From Mobula hypostoma (taxonomy: Eukaryota): a stretch of 64,000 nucleotides of DNA. Position 1 is the first letter of the stretch; each line of letters starts with the position of its first letter. Location of the stretch: positions 13,332,001-13,396,000 of the forward strand of contig NC_086109.1 in the NCBI RefSeq assembly GCF_963921235.1. Direction: 5' to 3'. Both the position numbers and the translations under genes were made by a program. The notes below the pieces were generated by a model. That model had not been told where the DNA came from and did no database searches. It saw only the letters and a program-made list of their open reading frames with translations. Positions 38,650-52,891 of the stretch are shown piece after piece.

Positions 38650-41385
38650 AGAGCTTCCGGTAAAATGGGGCAGAGCTTGAAACTTATTAGTCTTGACTAT
38701 TACCCCCTGTGAAAAATAGTTCCTGTTTTTTCTTGTGAATGGTTTTCTTATTTGATGCTCTTTATTTTGATGTCTTAATGAGTTTAAACAAACTATCACT
38801 GCTTAAAACTGGCGGAAACAACACTGGTTGTGGATGGAATTGCCCATGTAGGATACCGTGGAGGAAGCGTGGCTGCAGATCGGGGCTACAAGTGCGTTTA
38901 AGGAAATGGGGTTTTAAACTCCCAATACCGACTATCTTGCTGGCAAGCGTGCAGTCTCTGGTGAATAAATCGATAACCTCAGAGCTAGGGTGTTGAATCA
39001 GTGGGACATTAGGACCGCGTGTGTCTTTTGTATCACAGAATCCTGGTTAACCCCTTCCATACCGGATGCGGTGATTCAGATCAACAAATCTCTCAAAAGC
39101 AGAGGTGGCAGAGTATGCCTCATGATCAACTCTTCTTGGTGCACAAATATATCAGAGCTGTCCCAATTCTGCTCACCAGACCTGGAATATCTAGCAGTTA
39201 AGTGCCGTCCTTTTTACCTACCACGGGAGTTCTCCAGGGACATTTTGGTAGCAGTATACATTCAACCTCAGGCCAGTGTCAATCAGGCTTTAGATGATCT
39301 GAGCAATGGGATCAACATTTATGAAACACCACACCCTGATGCCTTCACCATTGTTTTGGGAGATTTTAACCAGACCAGTTTGAAAAAAAATCACTAAGTA
39401 ATTACCATCAACAGATTACTTGTAATACTAAAGGAAACAACACACTGGACCATTGCTACACCACCATCTAGAATGCCTACCTGGCTATTTCACGCCCTCA
39501 TTTCAGGAATTCTGATCACCTGGCTGTACTTCGACTCCCTGAGTATAGGCAGAGACTGAAGACTGCAGCACCAGTGTTGAGGACCAAGAAAGTGTGGACA
39601 AGGGATGCACAGGAGCGCTTACAGGACTGCTTTGAATCGGTAGACGGGACTGTATTCAGGGATTCATCTTCAAACCTGGATAAGTATGCTGCAGTTGTTA
39701 CCGACTTCATTAAAAGCTGTGTGGATGAGTGTTTGCCTACAAAGACAAACCAAACCAAAAGCCATGGACAAACTAGGAGGTACGTTGTCTGCTGAAGGCC
39801 AGATCTGTGGCATTCAAGTCTGGCGTCCCAGATATGTACCAGGAAACCAGGTATGATTTGCGGAGGGCTATTTCAAGGGTGAAGAGGCAATTTCGAATGA
39901 GGTTGGAGGCACCATAGGAAGCATGGCAACTGTGGTAGGATTTGCAAGACATTACTTCCTACAAAGCGAAACTCAATAGCATGAACGGCAACGATACTTC
40001 ACTACCAGATGAACTCAACACTTTCTATAATGCTTTGAAAGGGAGAACACGACTACAGCTTTGAGAGGTTGGTCATGACTAGACTGAACTCCTGCCTCAG
40101 CATAGACCTCAAACTATTGCAATTTGCCTATCGCCACAATAGGTCAATGGCAGACGCAATCTCAATGGCTTCCCACATGGCTTTAGACCACCAGGACAAC
40201 ACAAACACCTACGTCAGGATGCTGTTCATCGACTGTAGCTCAGTATTTAATACCATCATTCCCACAATCCTGATTGAAAAGTTGCAGGACCTGGGCCTCC
40301 ATACCTCCCTCTGCAATTAGATCCTTGACTTCCTAACCAGAAGACCACAATCTGTGCGGATTGGTGATAACATCTCCTCCTCGCTGACAATCAACACTGG
40401 CGCACCTCAAGGTTGTGTCCTTAGCCCACTGCTTTACTCTCTGTATACACATGATTGTGTGGCTAAGCATAGCTCAAATACCATCTATAAATTTGCCAAC
40501 AATACAACCATTGTTGGTAGAATCTCAGGTGGTGATGAGAGGGCATACAGGAGTGAGATATGCCAACTAGTGGGATGGTGCCGCAGCAACAACCTGGCAC
40601 TCAGTGTCAGTAAGACGAAAGAGCTGATTGTGGACTTCAGGAAGGGTAAGACGAAGGAGCACATAGCAATCCTCATAGAGGGATTAGAAGTGGAGAGAGT
40701 GAGCAGTTTCAAGTTCCTGGGTGTCAAGGTCTCTGAGGATCTAACCTGGTCCCAACATATTGATGTAGTCATAAAGAAGGCAAGACAGCGGCTATACTTT
40801 ATTAGGAGTTTGAAGAAATTTAGTATGTCAACAAATACACACAAAAACATCTATAGATGTACCGTGAAGAGTATTCTGACAAGCTGCATCACTGCCTGGT
40901 ATGGGGGGACTACTGCACAGGACCAAAAGAGGCTACAGAGGGTTGTAAATTTAGTCAGCTCCATCTTGGGTACTTGCCATCTTTAAGGAGCGGTGTCTCA
41001 GAAAGGCAGCATCTCTTACAAAGGACCTCCAGCACCCAGGGCATGCCCTTTTCTCACTGTTACCATCAGGTAGGAGGTACAGAAGCCTGAAGACACACAC
41101 TCAGCGATTCAGGAACAGCTTTGTCCCCCCGGCAACCAATTCCTAAATGGACATTGAACCCTTGGACACTACCTCACTTTTTTAAAGATATAGTATTTCT
41201 GTTTTTTGTATGATTTTTAACCTATTCAATATACATATCCTGTAATTGATTTACTTATTTATTTATTGTTATTATTATTAACTTATTTGGTATTTTTCTT
41301 CTATATTATGTATAGTATTGAACTGCTGCTGCTAAGTTAACAAATTTCACGTCACATGCCAGTGATAATAAAAGTGATTCTGATG
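38650..41385 (+). mobile_element. Near full-length, internally deleted Rex1/Babar LINE (APE endonuclease plus RT pseudogene)
   Basis: EN motifs CITESWL, LGDFN and SDH; RT motifs [27 protein letters not shown] (degenerate FADD) and FKFLG. Deletion at ~40060; multiple stops; GATTCTGAT tail. Confidence 0.9.
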
Positions 41386-41817
41386 CCGCAGGAAGCAAGA
41401 TTTTCTTTGTGCGTGTACCTGTGCATATGACAACAGAACTGATTTTGGTTAATGGTTAAAGGCAGGAGCCTTAAAAATGTGGAGGAGCAGAAAGATCTTC
41501 AGGCCAAAGTCAGGGTGAAGTTGATAGGACAGTTAATAAGGTTAATAAAGTGTATGGCATGTTGGCCTTCATTAGTCGGGGGGCTGAGTTGAAGAGCTGC
41601 GAAGTAATGTTGCAACGCTATAAATCTCTGGTTAGATCACAATTGGATTACTAAGTTCAGTTCTGGTCACCTCATTATAGGAAGGATGGGGAAGTTTTAG
41701 AGCGGATATAGAGGAGATATACCAGGATACTGCGTGAAGAAATGTTGAGCGAGCTAGGACACTTCTCTTTGAAGTGAAGGAGGATGAAAGACAATTAGAT
41801 AGAGATGTATAAGATTA

Positions 41818-43080
41818 TGTTCTCAGACCTGGAAATCCAATAATTAAGAACTAACCATTCTACTTACTAAGAGAGTTCTCCTCCACGATCCTGACCACAG
41901 TTTACATACGGTCAAAAGCCGTCGTTAATCAGGCACTCGAAATATTGAAAGCTGCCATCACCAAAAGAGAAATAGCCCACCCTGACACATTTCAAATCAT
42001 AGTTGGGGACTTCAATCAGGCTTGTTTGAGGAAATCTCTGCCCAGTCATCATCAGTAATATAACCTGCAGCAGCAGGGGGCCCAAACTCTCACCCACAGC
42101 TGTGCTACTATAAGGAGTGCCTACCATTCCATGCCTAGACCGCCTTTCATGAAATCTGATCACTTGCTTGTCCTTCTCCCACCTGCATACAGGCAGAGGC
42201 TAAAGAGCAAGACTCCTGAGGTAAGGACATCAAAGAGGTGGTAGTGGGAGGCAGAGGAGCGGGTATAGGATTGCTTTGAGTTGGTGGACTGGGCCGTGCT
42301 CAAGGATCTGAATTAATACACCATGATTGTCACGTACTTTATAAAAATAGTTGTAAACGAGTGTGTCCACGCAAAATCATACAGTGTCTCTCCCAACCAG
42401 AAGCCCTGGATGAATCATGAGGTCTGAAATCTGCTGAGGGACAGATCGGTGGCATTTAGATCTGGCAACCAAGTAAGATAGATGAGGTCCAGGTACAATC
42501 ACTGGAAAGCCATCTCATGTGTGAAGTGGAAATTCCAGACCAAACTTGAATCACTGAAGGATGCTGGACAGCTGTGGAAGAGCATGAATGGTACTACCTC
42601 CTACAAAATGAAAGCAAGCGACATGGTTGACAACAAAACTTTTCTTCTAGATGACCTCAATGCCCTCTATCCTTAAAACATGGAAGAATCTTCACGAATT
42701 CCCACAGCCCCTGATGACACTGTGATTTGAATCTCTGAGGCCACTGTGAGATCATTCCTCAGGAGGATGAACCCGTGGAAAACATCCAGCCCTGATGGGA
42801 TCCCTGGCCGAGTACTAAAGACCTGTGCTGATCAACCGGTTGGACTGTTCACCGATATCTTTAACCTCTTGCTTCAGCAGTCCGACACACCCACCTGTTT
42901 CAAGCAGACTTCAATTATACTGGTGCCTAAGAAGAACATGGTAGCTGGTCTCAATGAGTATTGTCCAGTCGCACTTACATTCACTGTGATGAAGTACTTT
43001 GAGAGGTTGGTGATGTAACCTTTCAACTCTTGCTTGAGAAGTGACTTGAATCCACTCCGTTTTGCCTACCAGTCTACAGC
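41818..43080 (+). mobile_element. Degenerate Rex1/Babar LINE internal fragment inserted in a CR1 remnant
   Basis: GDFNQA, SDH, PDGIPGRVLKTCADQ and PVALT motifs with many stops. Confidence 0.8.
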
Positions 43081-43234
43081 TCTCAGAGGAAGTTTTTTGA
43101 GGCAGGTACAACATCACATTTTAAAAGACAGCTGGACAGATACATGAATTGGGAAGGTTTAGAAATGTTAGGGACCAATGACAAGGCAAATAAGATTAGC
43201 TTAGATGGGGTATCACCAACAAACACTCTCCTAC

Positions 43235-45180
43235 AGTTATAAGACCATTGAGTGATCCCCTCGAACTGTATGTTAAAAGACTTGGCCTCACAGTCGACCT
43301 CATTGGCAGATGAATGCATGGCTGAGGAATAGGTGCAGGGGGCACAGTTTGAGATTTCTGGGTTATTGATTGCTTCTGGGGAAGATATGACCTGCACAAA
43401 TAGGATGGGTTACACCTGAACTCAAGGGGGACCAATATCCTTGCTAGAGATGTGCGGGAGTGCTTGAACTAATTTGGCAGGGGATGGGAATCAGTATGAT
43501 AGGGCTGAGAATGGGGCAATTGATGTTCAACTAAATATAGAGCTGCTCGAATTTCCAGCATCTGCAGAATTCCTCATGTGACAGTGTGTAATAAGACTGT
43601 GGGGAAGAACAGGCAGATGGTAGGCAAAATTGCAGTCAGTGGGATGAATTGAATGGAACAGGGGGCCAAAATCAAAAATGGTGTTGAATACAGGACTGAA
43701 AGGGTTATATTTGAATGTACGCAGAATACGGAATAAGGTAGATGTTCTTGTAGTGCAGTTAAAGATTAGCAGATATGATGTTGTGGGCATCTCTGAGTTG
43801 TGGCTGAAAGAAGATTATAGTTGGGAGCTTAACGTCCAAGGATACAGATTGTATCCAAAGGATGGGCAGGTAGGATGAAGAAGTAGGTTGGCTCTCTTGG
43901 TAAAAAATAAAATCAAATCCTTGGAAGGAGGTAACACAGGATCAGAAGATGTATAAACCTTGTGGGTAGAGTTAAGACCTTGTGGGAAAAAGACCTTGAT
44001 GGGAGTTATATACAGGCCTCTAAACAGTAGCCAGGATATAGGCTACAAATTACAACAGGAGATAGAAGAGGCATGTAAAAAGGGAAATGTTGTGATAATA
44101 ATTGGGGGTTTTAATATGCAGATTGGGAAAGTGCAGTTGGTGTTGGATCCCAAGAGAGGGTATTTGTAGAATGCCTATGAGATGGCTTTTTAGAGAAGCT
44201 TTATGAGCCCCATAGGGAAAAGGAAATTCTGGTGTGTAGTGATCCAGATTGATTAGGAAACTTGAGGTAAAGGAACCTTTAGGAGTCAGTGATCATATTA
44301 TGATAGAATTCGCAGTGATCATATTATGAAAAGGAGAAGATAAAATCAAATGTATCAGTTTGACGGTAGGGTAAAGGAAATTACAGCAGCATGAGAGAGG
44401 AACTGGTATGAGTTGATTGGATGAAGACGACAGGGATGACAGCAGAACAGCACTGTCTAGTGTTCATGGGAGAAATTCAGAAGGTACAGAAGAAGTATTC
44501 TGGAGGGATGATGAGGTAACCATGGATGGCAAGGGAACTCAAAGACAATAGAAACAAAAGAAATGACATATAATAACACAAAAGTTAGTGGGAAGATAAA
44601 GGATTGGATAGCTTTTTAATATCAACAGAAGGCAACTTAAAAAGCTATAAGGAGAGAAATGATGAAAGATGAAGGTAAAATAGCCAATAAGATAAACGAA
44701 CATACAAAAAGTTTCTTTTTTCAGATATATATAGAGTAAAAGAGAGATGAGAACGGATATAGGACTGTTCCAAACTGATGCCGGATAGGTAGTATTGGGG
44801 GACAAAGAAATGATGGAGGAATTTAAGTATTTTGCTTCAATCTTCATTGTTGAAGACACTTGCAAAATTTAGAAATTCTATAGTGCCAGGGGGCAGAAGT
44901 GAGTGATGTTGCTATTACTAAGGAGAAGGTGCTTGGGAAGCTGAACAGCATGATGGTAGTTAAGTCATCTGGACCAGACGGACTACACATCAGGGTTCTG
45001 AAGGAGGTAGCTGAAGAGTTTGTGAAGATATTAGTAATAGTTTTCTCAGAATCACTAGATTCTTGAGAACTGGAAAATTGCAAATGTCACTCCACTCTTT
45101 AAGGAGGGTTGGAAGCAGAAGAAAGAAAATTATGGACCAGTTGATATGACTTCAGTTGTTGGAAAAATGCTAAAGTCTTG
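43235..45180 (+). mobile_element. Degenerate CR1 5' region (end of esterase-like ORF1 plus ORF2 endonuclease)
   Basis: DGLHLNSRGTNIL, LYLNVRRIRNK...GISELWL, GVIYRP, GGFN and SDH; many stops and frameshifts. Confidence 0.8.
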
Positions 45181-45519
45181 TTTTGCCTTGTACTACCTCA
45201 ATGCACTGATATGATGAAATGATCTGTATGGATGGCCTGAAAAAGAAAGTTTTTCACTGTACCTCGCTACATAAACTAATATAATCTTGGTCAGCATGGA
45301 ACAGTTGGACTGAAGGGACGGCTTCCATGCTGTATAATTCTGTGAGTACTTAGAGTAGTAATCTGTTCTGGGCCCTTTTGTTTCAATGAGGTTGGACGAT
45401 GCTTTATCATTGGGCCTTGAACATTTGATCTTATAGACAAAAAAATGGAAAACATCCTCCAAAGCAAGCTTTTATAATTAATGAAACTGCATGCCTGGAG
45501 CAAGGGGCGACCTTGCAGA

Positions 45520-46230
45520 ATTTCAAAGATTCAAAGTACATTTATTATAAAAGTATGCGTGCAGTATACACCCCTGAGATTCGCCTTCCCACAGACAGTC
45601 ATGAAGCAAAAAAACACAATGGAACCCATTTAAATGAAACATTAAATGCGCAAAAGAAGAATGAGTTACCCAAACAGCAAAAGAATGAGCAAATTACACA
45701 CAGAAGATTAAACGTCAAACTACAGAGTCCTTGAAACAGTTTAGGAATGTTCAGTTTAATTCAATTCAGCTCGACTTAGCGCTGTGTCGTTAGTTGACTG
45801 TAGGCCGCAGAGCCAATCCGCCCGATTAAAATCGCGTAGAATAGCAATCAAAAAGGAGTAACCAGAAACACATATAGCTTGAACTGTAGAGTCCTCTAAA
45901 AATGAGTTCAGTCCACAAACCTTGCCCAAGACCCAAGACTCCTCTACCTTCCTCTGGCAGCAGCAAGCTAGACGGAGAGGGAGATCAGTCAAACCAGGCA
46001 TACGGGCGCTGAACACCCGCTCGCCTTCTGCTCTCGGCCTCATTGATCTTCATCTTGCTCAATTCTTTAATCGGCAAGATCAGTGAGAAATTGAGCTGAT
46101 TGTGGGTTCGGGCTACACCATTAGGCTGCATACTCTATTTTAAACCTCCTTCTCAACCACAGCAAATTCCTTCAGAGACAGCAAAACGGCCAGCTCGCTC
46201 AGTTGGCCCAAAGGCACATTATCACTTATT
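45520..46230 (-). mobile_element. Non-autonomous LINE-derived retroposon remnant
   Basis: 3' tail AATAAATGTACTTTGAATCTTTGAA on the minus strand, similar in style to 31890; non-coding. Confidence 0.45.
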
Positions 46231-47114
46231 TTAGTTAAGAGTTTTACATGTGACTTTCAAAGATGGCATTCGGGTTATTGGATATTTTTGTGTGTTTACG
46301 GGTTATGTTAGTTTGCACTGTTTCATTAGTGATCTGGTAAAACTTAATAAGTTTAAATGTGCACATTTTGCTATCATTACTGATTCAAAGGAACTTCACT
46401 GGAGTGTAACACAAAATGCTGGAGAAACTCAGCAGGTAAGGCAGCATCTGTAGAGGAGACTAAACAGTTGAAGGTTCAGGCCAAGATCCTTCATCAGTAT
46501 TTATTCTCCTGCATAGATACAGCTTATTAGAACTTCTCAGGTTAAAGACAGATGGAAGAGCATGGTCGCCTATGCCACGTAACAGGCCACATAATGACGG
46601 TGATTGTTGTGTCTGAGCGCAACTACATACTAATTAAGTAAATCACGCTCGTGGAAGATGGCTTTAACTGGTGCATTCATATTGCAGTGAAAGAGAGAGA
46701 ATAATACGCATGTGTAGGCAACAGATCATATGTAGTGCGTGGGGGAGGTGGTCATTGTTCGAAAGAAAATAGATCCATACATCAATGACTGAGTTGCTCC
46801 AGCATTTTGTGTCTGTTGCTCTAGATTTCTAGCATTTTCATAATCTCTAGCTGAATAGGAATCTAAATTTACTGCTTCAGTGCTGAGGTTTTTAAAATGA
46901 CAATTGGGCCAAATATTAGTAAGAACCAACTGTGATACAAACAAACTGGGAGACCACAAGCCCCATTTATTAACCACAATTTTAAATTGAGTCCAAAGAG
47001 CTGTGAAATATCTCTGAGAAACTCGGTAATGTGTTCAATAAATGTAATAGGGAAAGGTTAGAAAATGAATTTCATAGCCAACACTTAGATCATAACAAAG
47101 ACCATAAACTTAAC

Positions 47115-47693
47115 CATAGAAACCATAGAAACTACAGCACAGAAGCAGGCTTTTTGGCCCTTCTTGGCTGTGCCGAACCATTTTCTGCCTATTCCCACCG
47201 ACCTGCACACGGACCATATCCCTCCATACACCTCCCATCCATGTATCTGTCCAATTTATTCTTAAATGTTAAAAAAGAACCCGCATTTACCACCTCATCT
47301 GGCAGCTCATTCCATACTCCCACCACTCTCTGTGTGAAGAAGCCCCCCACTAATGTTACCTTTAAACTTTTCCCCCCTCACCCTTAACCCATGTCCTCTG
47401 GTTTTTTTCTCCCCTTGCCTCAGTGGAAAAAGCCTGCTTGCATTCACTCTATCTATACCCATCATAATTTTATATACCTCTATCAAATCTCCCCTCATTC
47501 TTCTACGCTCCAGGGATTAAAGTCCTAACCTATTCAACCTTTCTCTGTAACTGAGTTTCTCAAGTCCTGGCAACATCCTTGTAAAACTTCTCTGCACTCT
47601 TTCAACCTTATTTATATCCTTCCTGTAATTTGGTGACCAAAACTGAACACAATACTCCAGATTCGGCCTCACCAATGCCTTATACAACCTCAT
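47115..47693 (-). mobile_element. Young CR1 3' fragment, same family as 10348-12181
   Basis: Near-identical to 10348-10917. Confidence 0.9.
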
Positions 47694-48130
47694 AAGAGCA
47701 TTCAGCCCATCTAGTCTGCTCATTTATTATCCTTCTCAATGCAATCTTCTGCCTTCTCGCCATAACCTTTGAAGCCCTTACAAATCAGGAACCTGTCAAC
47801 CTCCACTTTAAATATACCCCATGACTTGTGGTCTACAGACATCCATGGCAATGAATTCCACACATTCATCACCTTCTGACTGAATAAATTCCTCCTCAGA
47901 ACTTCATCTGCTGATGATGTTGTCAAGTTGTTTAATTTGAGAAGCCCAAGTGTCATGGAAAGTTCAGTCATAGAGTTATACAGAAATGAAACAGGCTCTT
48001 CAATCCAACTCACCCACGTTGACCAAATTCTCTGTCTGAACTAGTACTACTTGACTACATATCCCATTGAAACTTTCCTATAATTTAGAAATCTCGAGCA
48101 ACACACAATGCTGGAGGAACTCAGCAGGTC

Positions 48131-48863
48131 CTGTAGACCTGAGGAGAGCCAAGGTACCGGTGACCCCTGTTTCCATCCAGGGGGTCAGTGTGGACAAGGT
48201 GGAGGATTACAAATACCTGGAGATACGAATTGACAATAAACTGGACTGGTCAAAGAACACTGAGGCTGTCTACAAGAAGGGTCAGAGCCGTCTCTATTTC
48301 CTGAGGAGACTGGGGTCCTTTAACATCTGCCGGATGATGCTGAGGATGTTCTACGAGTCTGTGGTGGCCAGTGCTATCATGTTTGCTGTTGTGTGCTGGG
48401 GCAGCAGGCTGAGGGTAGCAGACACCAACAGAATCAACAAACTCATTCGTAAGGCCAGTGATGTTGTGGGGATGGAACTGGACTGTCTCACGGTGGTGTC
48501 TGAAAAGAGGATGCTGTCTAAGTTGCATGCCATCTTGGACAATGTCTCCCATCCACTATATAATGTACTGGTTGGGCACAGGAGTACATTCAACCAGAGA
48601 CTCATTCTACCGAGATGCAACACAGAGCATCATAGGAAGTTATTCCTGCCTGTGGCCATCAAACTTTACAACTCCTCCCTTGGAGGGTCGGACACCCTGA
48701 GCCAATAGGCTGGTCCTGGACTTATTTCATAATTTACTGGCATAATTTACATATTACTATTTAACTATTTATGGTTTTATTACTATTTATTATTAATGGT
48801 GCAACCGTAACGAAAACCAATTTCCCCCGGGATCAATAAAGTATGACTATGACTATGACTATG
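48131..48863 (+). mobile_element. Rex/Babar-like LINE 3' fragment with (GACTAT)n tail
   Basis: ORF 48067-48708 has YKYLEIRIDNKLDWS, KKGQSRLYFLRRL and FLPVAIKLYN. TSD AGGTC. Confidence 0.85.
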
Positions 48864-49273
48864 AGGTCAGTCAGTATCTATGGAGAAGAATAAGTGCTAA
48901 TGAAGAGTCTCATGAAGAGTCTATGATCCCATTCTACCAGTTCTTCTGGCAGTTCATTCCATATACCCTCTACTTTTTTTATGCAAAGGTTACCCCTCAG
49001 GTCCACAATAAATCTTTTCCTTATCTCAAACCTATGTCCTATAGTTTTAGACTCCCCTAGCCATGGAAAATGGCTATACAGTAGATATTCACTTCATCTA
49101 TGCTCCTCGTGAATTTTATATCCCTCTGTAAGGTTACCCATCAAGCCTTCTTTGCTCCAGGGAAAAAAAAGCCCCAGCATATCCAGTCACTACTTATGAC
49201 TCAAGGTAGGTACTATAATAAGTTTCAAAAGATAACTGGACAGGTACTAGGATTGTAAAGGTTTAGAATGTTA

Positions 49274-49540
49274 CAATGGACAACAAAGATTTTACTTCTT
49301 AAATACTTTTGGGTGTATCTTATAGATTTTGAGCTGCTGATCATGAAAATCACCATCACGCACATTTTTTGGTAATCACCTATATTTTTAATTTCAATTC
49401 ATAATTCAAGTCAATTAAAATGTTGTCCATAACATAAGCTGAAAAGTTTTCTATCTTATCCCAGACATGCCTGGGCATGCTTAGACAGGGCAGATACTAC
49501 AAGGCAGGACAAGTTTTAGGAAGGCTATAAAAGCATTATG

Positions 49541-49597
<57 letters not shown>

Positions 49598-50417
49598 GCA
49601 TTGTATTTATATGTACGTTGGTTTCCGATCACATTAATGTGCATGCTCTACATGCAGAGCATATTGTGTGTACTCATTGTAATGAAGTAATTGTATTTTC
49701 AGAAGTACTTGTGATAGCAAAATGTCTCACCAATGTTGCAACAACCACAATACTTTCTGTTATATTTGTGGCCGCTGTATGCTTCAATCTCAAAGAGAGA
49801 GCATGACTCCTCTTATTGAGAAAGCCTATGAATTCAACTTTAGGAGTAAAATTAGAGGCCAAGACAAAGCTTGGGCTCCTCACGTTCATTGCATTCCCAT
49901 TTAGACTTTTTCCCCACAAATCTTGGTGCTGTCAGTGACAAGCATGGTGAAAGGTTTCACCAGGACATTGCAGTCATGGAGAAACAGAATCAGGGCAACT
50001 GAAATCCATCAATGCCAGCTGTTTATTGTTGGGTACTTAAGCAAGAAGCCTCAGACACCAAGTACAAATGAAAGTCATCAACAAAACATTTTTAGCTTAG
50101 TTGAACTATTGCAAAGCATCATTACCATTATGTAATTAAATGCATTATATTCAATAAAAGTTAATTTCTGGTTTCTCCAGATTCCTACGTGATACAAGAA
50201 GTCTGAAATTATATTTGTGTTCAGCTTCAAGTGGTTTATCATAAATAAAAAAATTCTGAGGAAGCAATACTTTCAAAAAAAATTGTTTTCTGTTGAGATT
50301 GAAAGAAGATTTGACAGGAGTACACAAAATTATGAAGGATATAGATGGGGTAAATGCAAGCAGGCTTTTTCCAGTGAGGCTGCGTGGGGCACTTCCGAAC
50401 AAATTTGTGGTCCAGTG
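49274..50417 (+). mobile_element. Internally deleted Chapaev3-like (CMC group) DNA transposon
   Basis: TTA|CAATGGACAACAAA ... TTTGTGGTCCAGTG|TTA. The N-terminal FCYICG...QDKAWAPH is joined to the C-terminal LHSHLDFFPTNLGAVSDKHGERFHQDI. Family assignment is from recalled motifs. Confidence 0.75.
49545..49592. repeat. (CA)n microsatellite
   Basis: Read directly from the sequence. Confidence 0.95.
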
Positions 50418-52592
50418 TTATAGGCCAAATGGGACAGCCTGGATGGGCATCTTGGACTGAAAGGCCTATTTCCATGCCGTATAGCTTTATGACTCTTCAA
50501 CTCCCACAATCCTGCTAACATCCTCGTGAATCTTTTCTGCACCCTTGCCTGCTTAATGACTGCCTGCTTGTAGCCTGACAACCAGAACCGCATACACTGC
50601 TCCAAGTTCAGAGCATCAATGTCTTGTACTGTTGCATCATGACATCCCAACTCTTGTATTCAGCACCCAGACCAATGAATGCAAGCACACCCAATTCATT
50701 CTTCACCACCCTGTCAACCACTTTCAGCCACTGTCAAAGAACTATACACAGAAGTCTCTCTGTTGGTCAACTCTTTTTCCAGGACCCTGCTGTTTCCTAT
50801 GTAAGTCCTGGCCTGGCTTAACATATCAAATACAACACATCACCACTGTTACTGTTCTAGATTATAGAGATAGGGAGAGGGTGATTATTTCACAACAGTG
50901 ACAAAGATATGTTAGTCAACGTTTATTTAAACCTGCAGTTAAAAAGGTCACAAACCATGTGGGATGGATGAATGTGATTCTGCACACAAGTGCAAATAGA
51001 CAGCACAGTTTTGGATACTATGAGAGACACACAACAGACTGCAAATGCTAGACAGACATTGTGCTGGAGGACCTTAGTGGGTCCAGCAGCATCTCTGAGA
51101 AGAAAGGAATTGTCAATGTTCGTGTCTTGATGCAGGGTTGAGACCCAAAACATCGACAATACATCTCCTCCCACGGGTGCTGACTGACCCACTGTGTTCT
51201 TCCAGCAGACTGTTTGTTTCAGTGATAGAGGTCAGTCCGCAGTACTTCAGAGGCTAACTTGTAGCAGAGGCATGCAGACGCATGCATGGGGATTTCAGCA
51301 GCCTGGGAAAAAGGAACAGGCCGAGTGAAGTCATCAAAAACAAGTTCACAAGTTGGAAGTGTGAAATAAAATCAAAAAATGATGGTAACACTCAACAAGT
51401 CCGGCTGTTTCTGTGGAGGGAAAAAAAAACAGCGTGTTTTCTTTCAGGTTGCTGGCCATTCCATTCATCAGAACCAGAACCGCACACAATACTCTCAACG
51501 TGGCATAAGCTAATTTTATACAAATTCCACACAGCTTGCCAACTTTTATACTCGATCACCTGACCAATGAAATCAACAGTGCTGCATTCTTTATTTAGTA
51601 TCCTAACCACTTGTGTTGCCCTTTTCAGGGAGCTACAAACTGCACTCAAACATGCGGTGCAAAGTTCACCTGAAGTTTCTGCTTTTTTTATCCACACACG
51701 AAAGGAGAGTGATTTTTCAGCCACAAAAGTGGCTCAGTGGGTTGCACAAAACCACATTTCTTAAAACAATTAGTTCTCAGATTCTTTTTTTGAACCTGGA
51801 AGTCTGCTCTGAAAATCTGTTTGATCATCTTCCAGTGCAAAGAAACAGTCGGGTGGAATTTGGTTTACCGTATCGCTTCCAATGACAAAGCTTGGGTAAG
51901 TTTGAAAAATCTATTTGGGTCAAGAAGTGGTTGGAGCCTAATGATTTAAGACACTCCAACATGGAAATCATTTTAACCAGTCTCTGATCTTATAATTCTT
52001 AAGAAACAAATCTTATAAAGTAATGGTTATTATGACGTAATCACTAATTACTCGGATCTTGATCCAAAATTCTATTCTCTTAAGGTATAAGTTTGAATCC
52101 ATGTCCATTGGCTGTGGAATTTAAATACAACTTGTCAGGTAGCCAATATCAATGCCATCTCCCAGGTTCTTCCATCATTCCCATTCTTTCCCTCCTTCTC
52201 CTGTCTGATACCCCTCTCACCTATCACCTGCCAGCACTTGGTGCAACCCTCCTCCAACAATTTTATGCTGGCTGTCTCTTATCTTTCTTTCCAGTCCTGA
52301 TTAAGATCCTCAACCTGGTACATTTGCCTCCATAGATGCTGCCCGACCCACTGAGTTCCTCTGGAATTTTCTGCGTTACGCTACGAAACTACTAGCTTAC
52401 AGTTGACTTTTGGGGAAAAGCCCACCAGGTCAGGTTCTTTGTGCCCTTTGAATCACTAGCATTTATTTATTTTTATTTTTACAGTTTGTCTCCTCTTGCA
52501 CATTGGTTGTTTCTTGTTCTTTGTCTGTGTGTAGATTTTCATTGATTGGATTGTTTGCTTTCCTGTGAATGCCTGCAAGGAAATGAATATCA

Positions 52593-52891
52593 AAGTGGCA
52601 CACCCTGGTACACTGTTTCAGCTGGCGAGCTAAACGATGTGAGGAATTGGTGTTAACATGGCACCTTTGGGTGGAGGACCTCATTGGTAAAATCACCAGT
52701 CAGGGCGGATGAGTTCCCCGAAGAACTACAGCGGCCACCCGTTCGAGACCAGGGTAAGCCACTGAGCTGGAGGACGTCGGCTGTGCTCTGGCCTGGAGAG
52801 GGACGGGTGCCGCTAAGCCTAACTAGCTCAGGACACACGAAAGCACCCCTGCTACCGATAAGCATGTTGTGGAATCCGAACTGAATCGAAA
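52593..52891 (+). mobile_element. 5'-truncated copy of the ribozyme-headed short retroposon
   Basis: Paralogous to 59499-59797; retains P1' ACACCCT, GG, P4 and GCTAAA. Confidence 0.8.

Noticed and set aside
46521..46562. VKDRWKSM peptide resembling a Myb/telobox C-terminus after an AG
   Set aside because: Only 13 codons with no supporting upstream exon; most likely chance.
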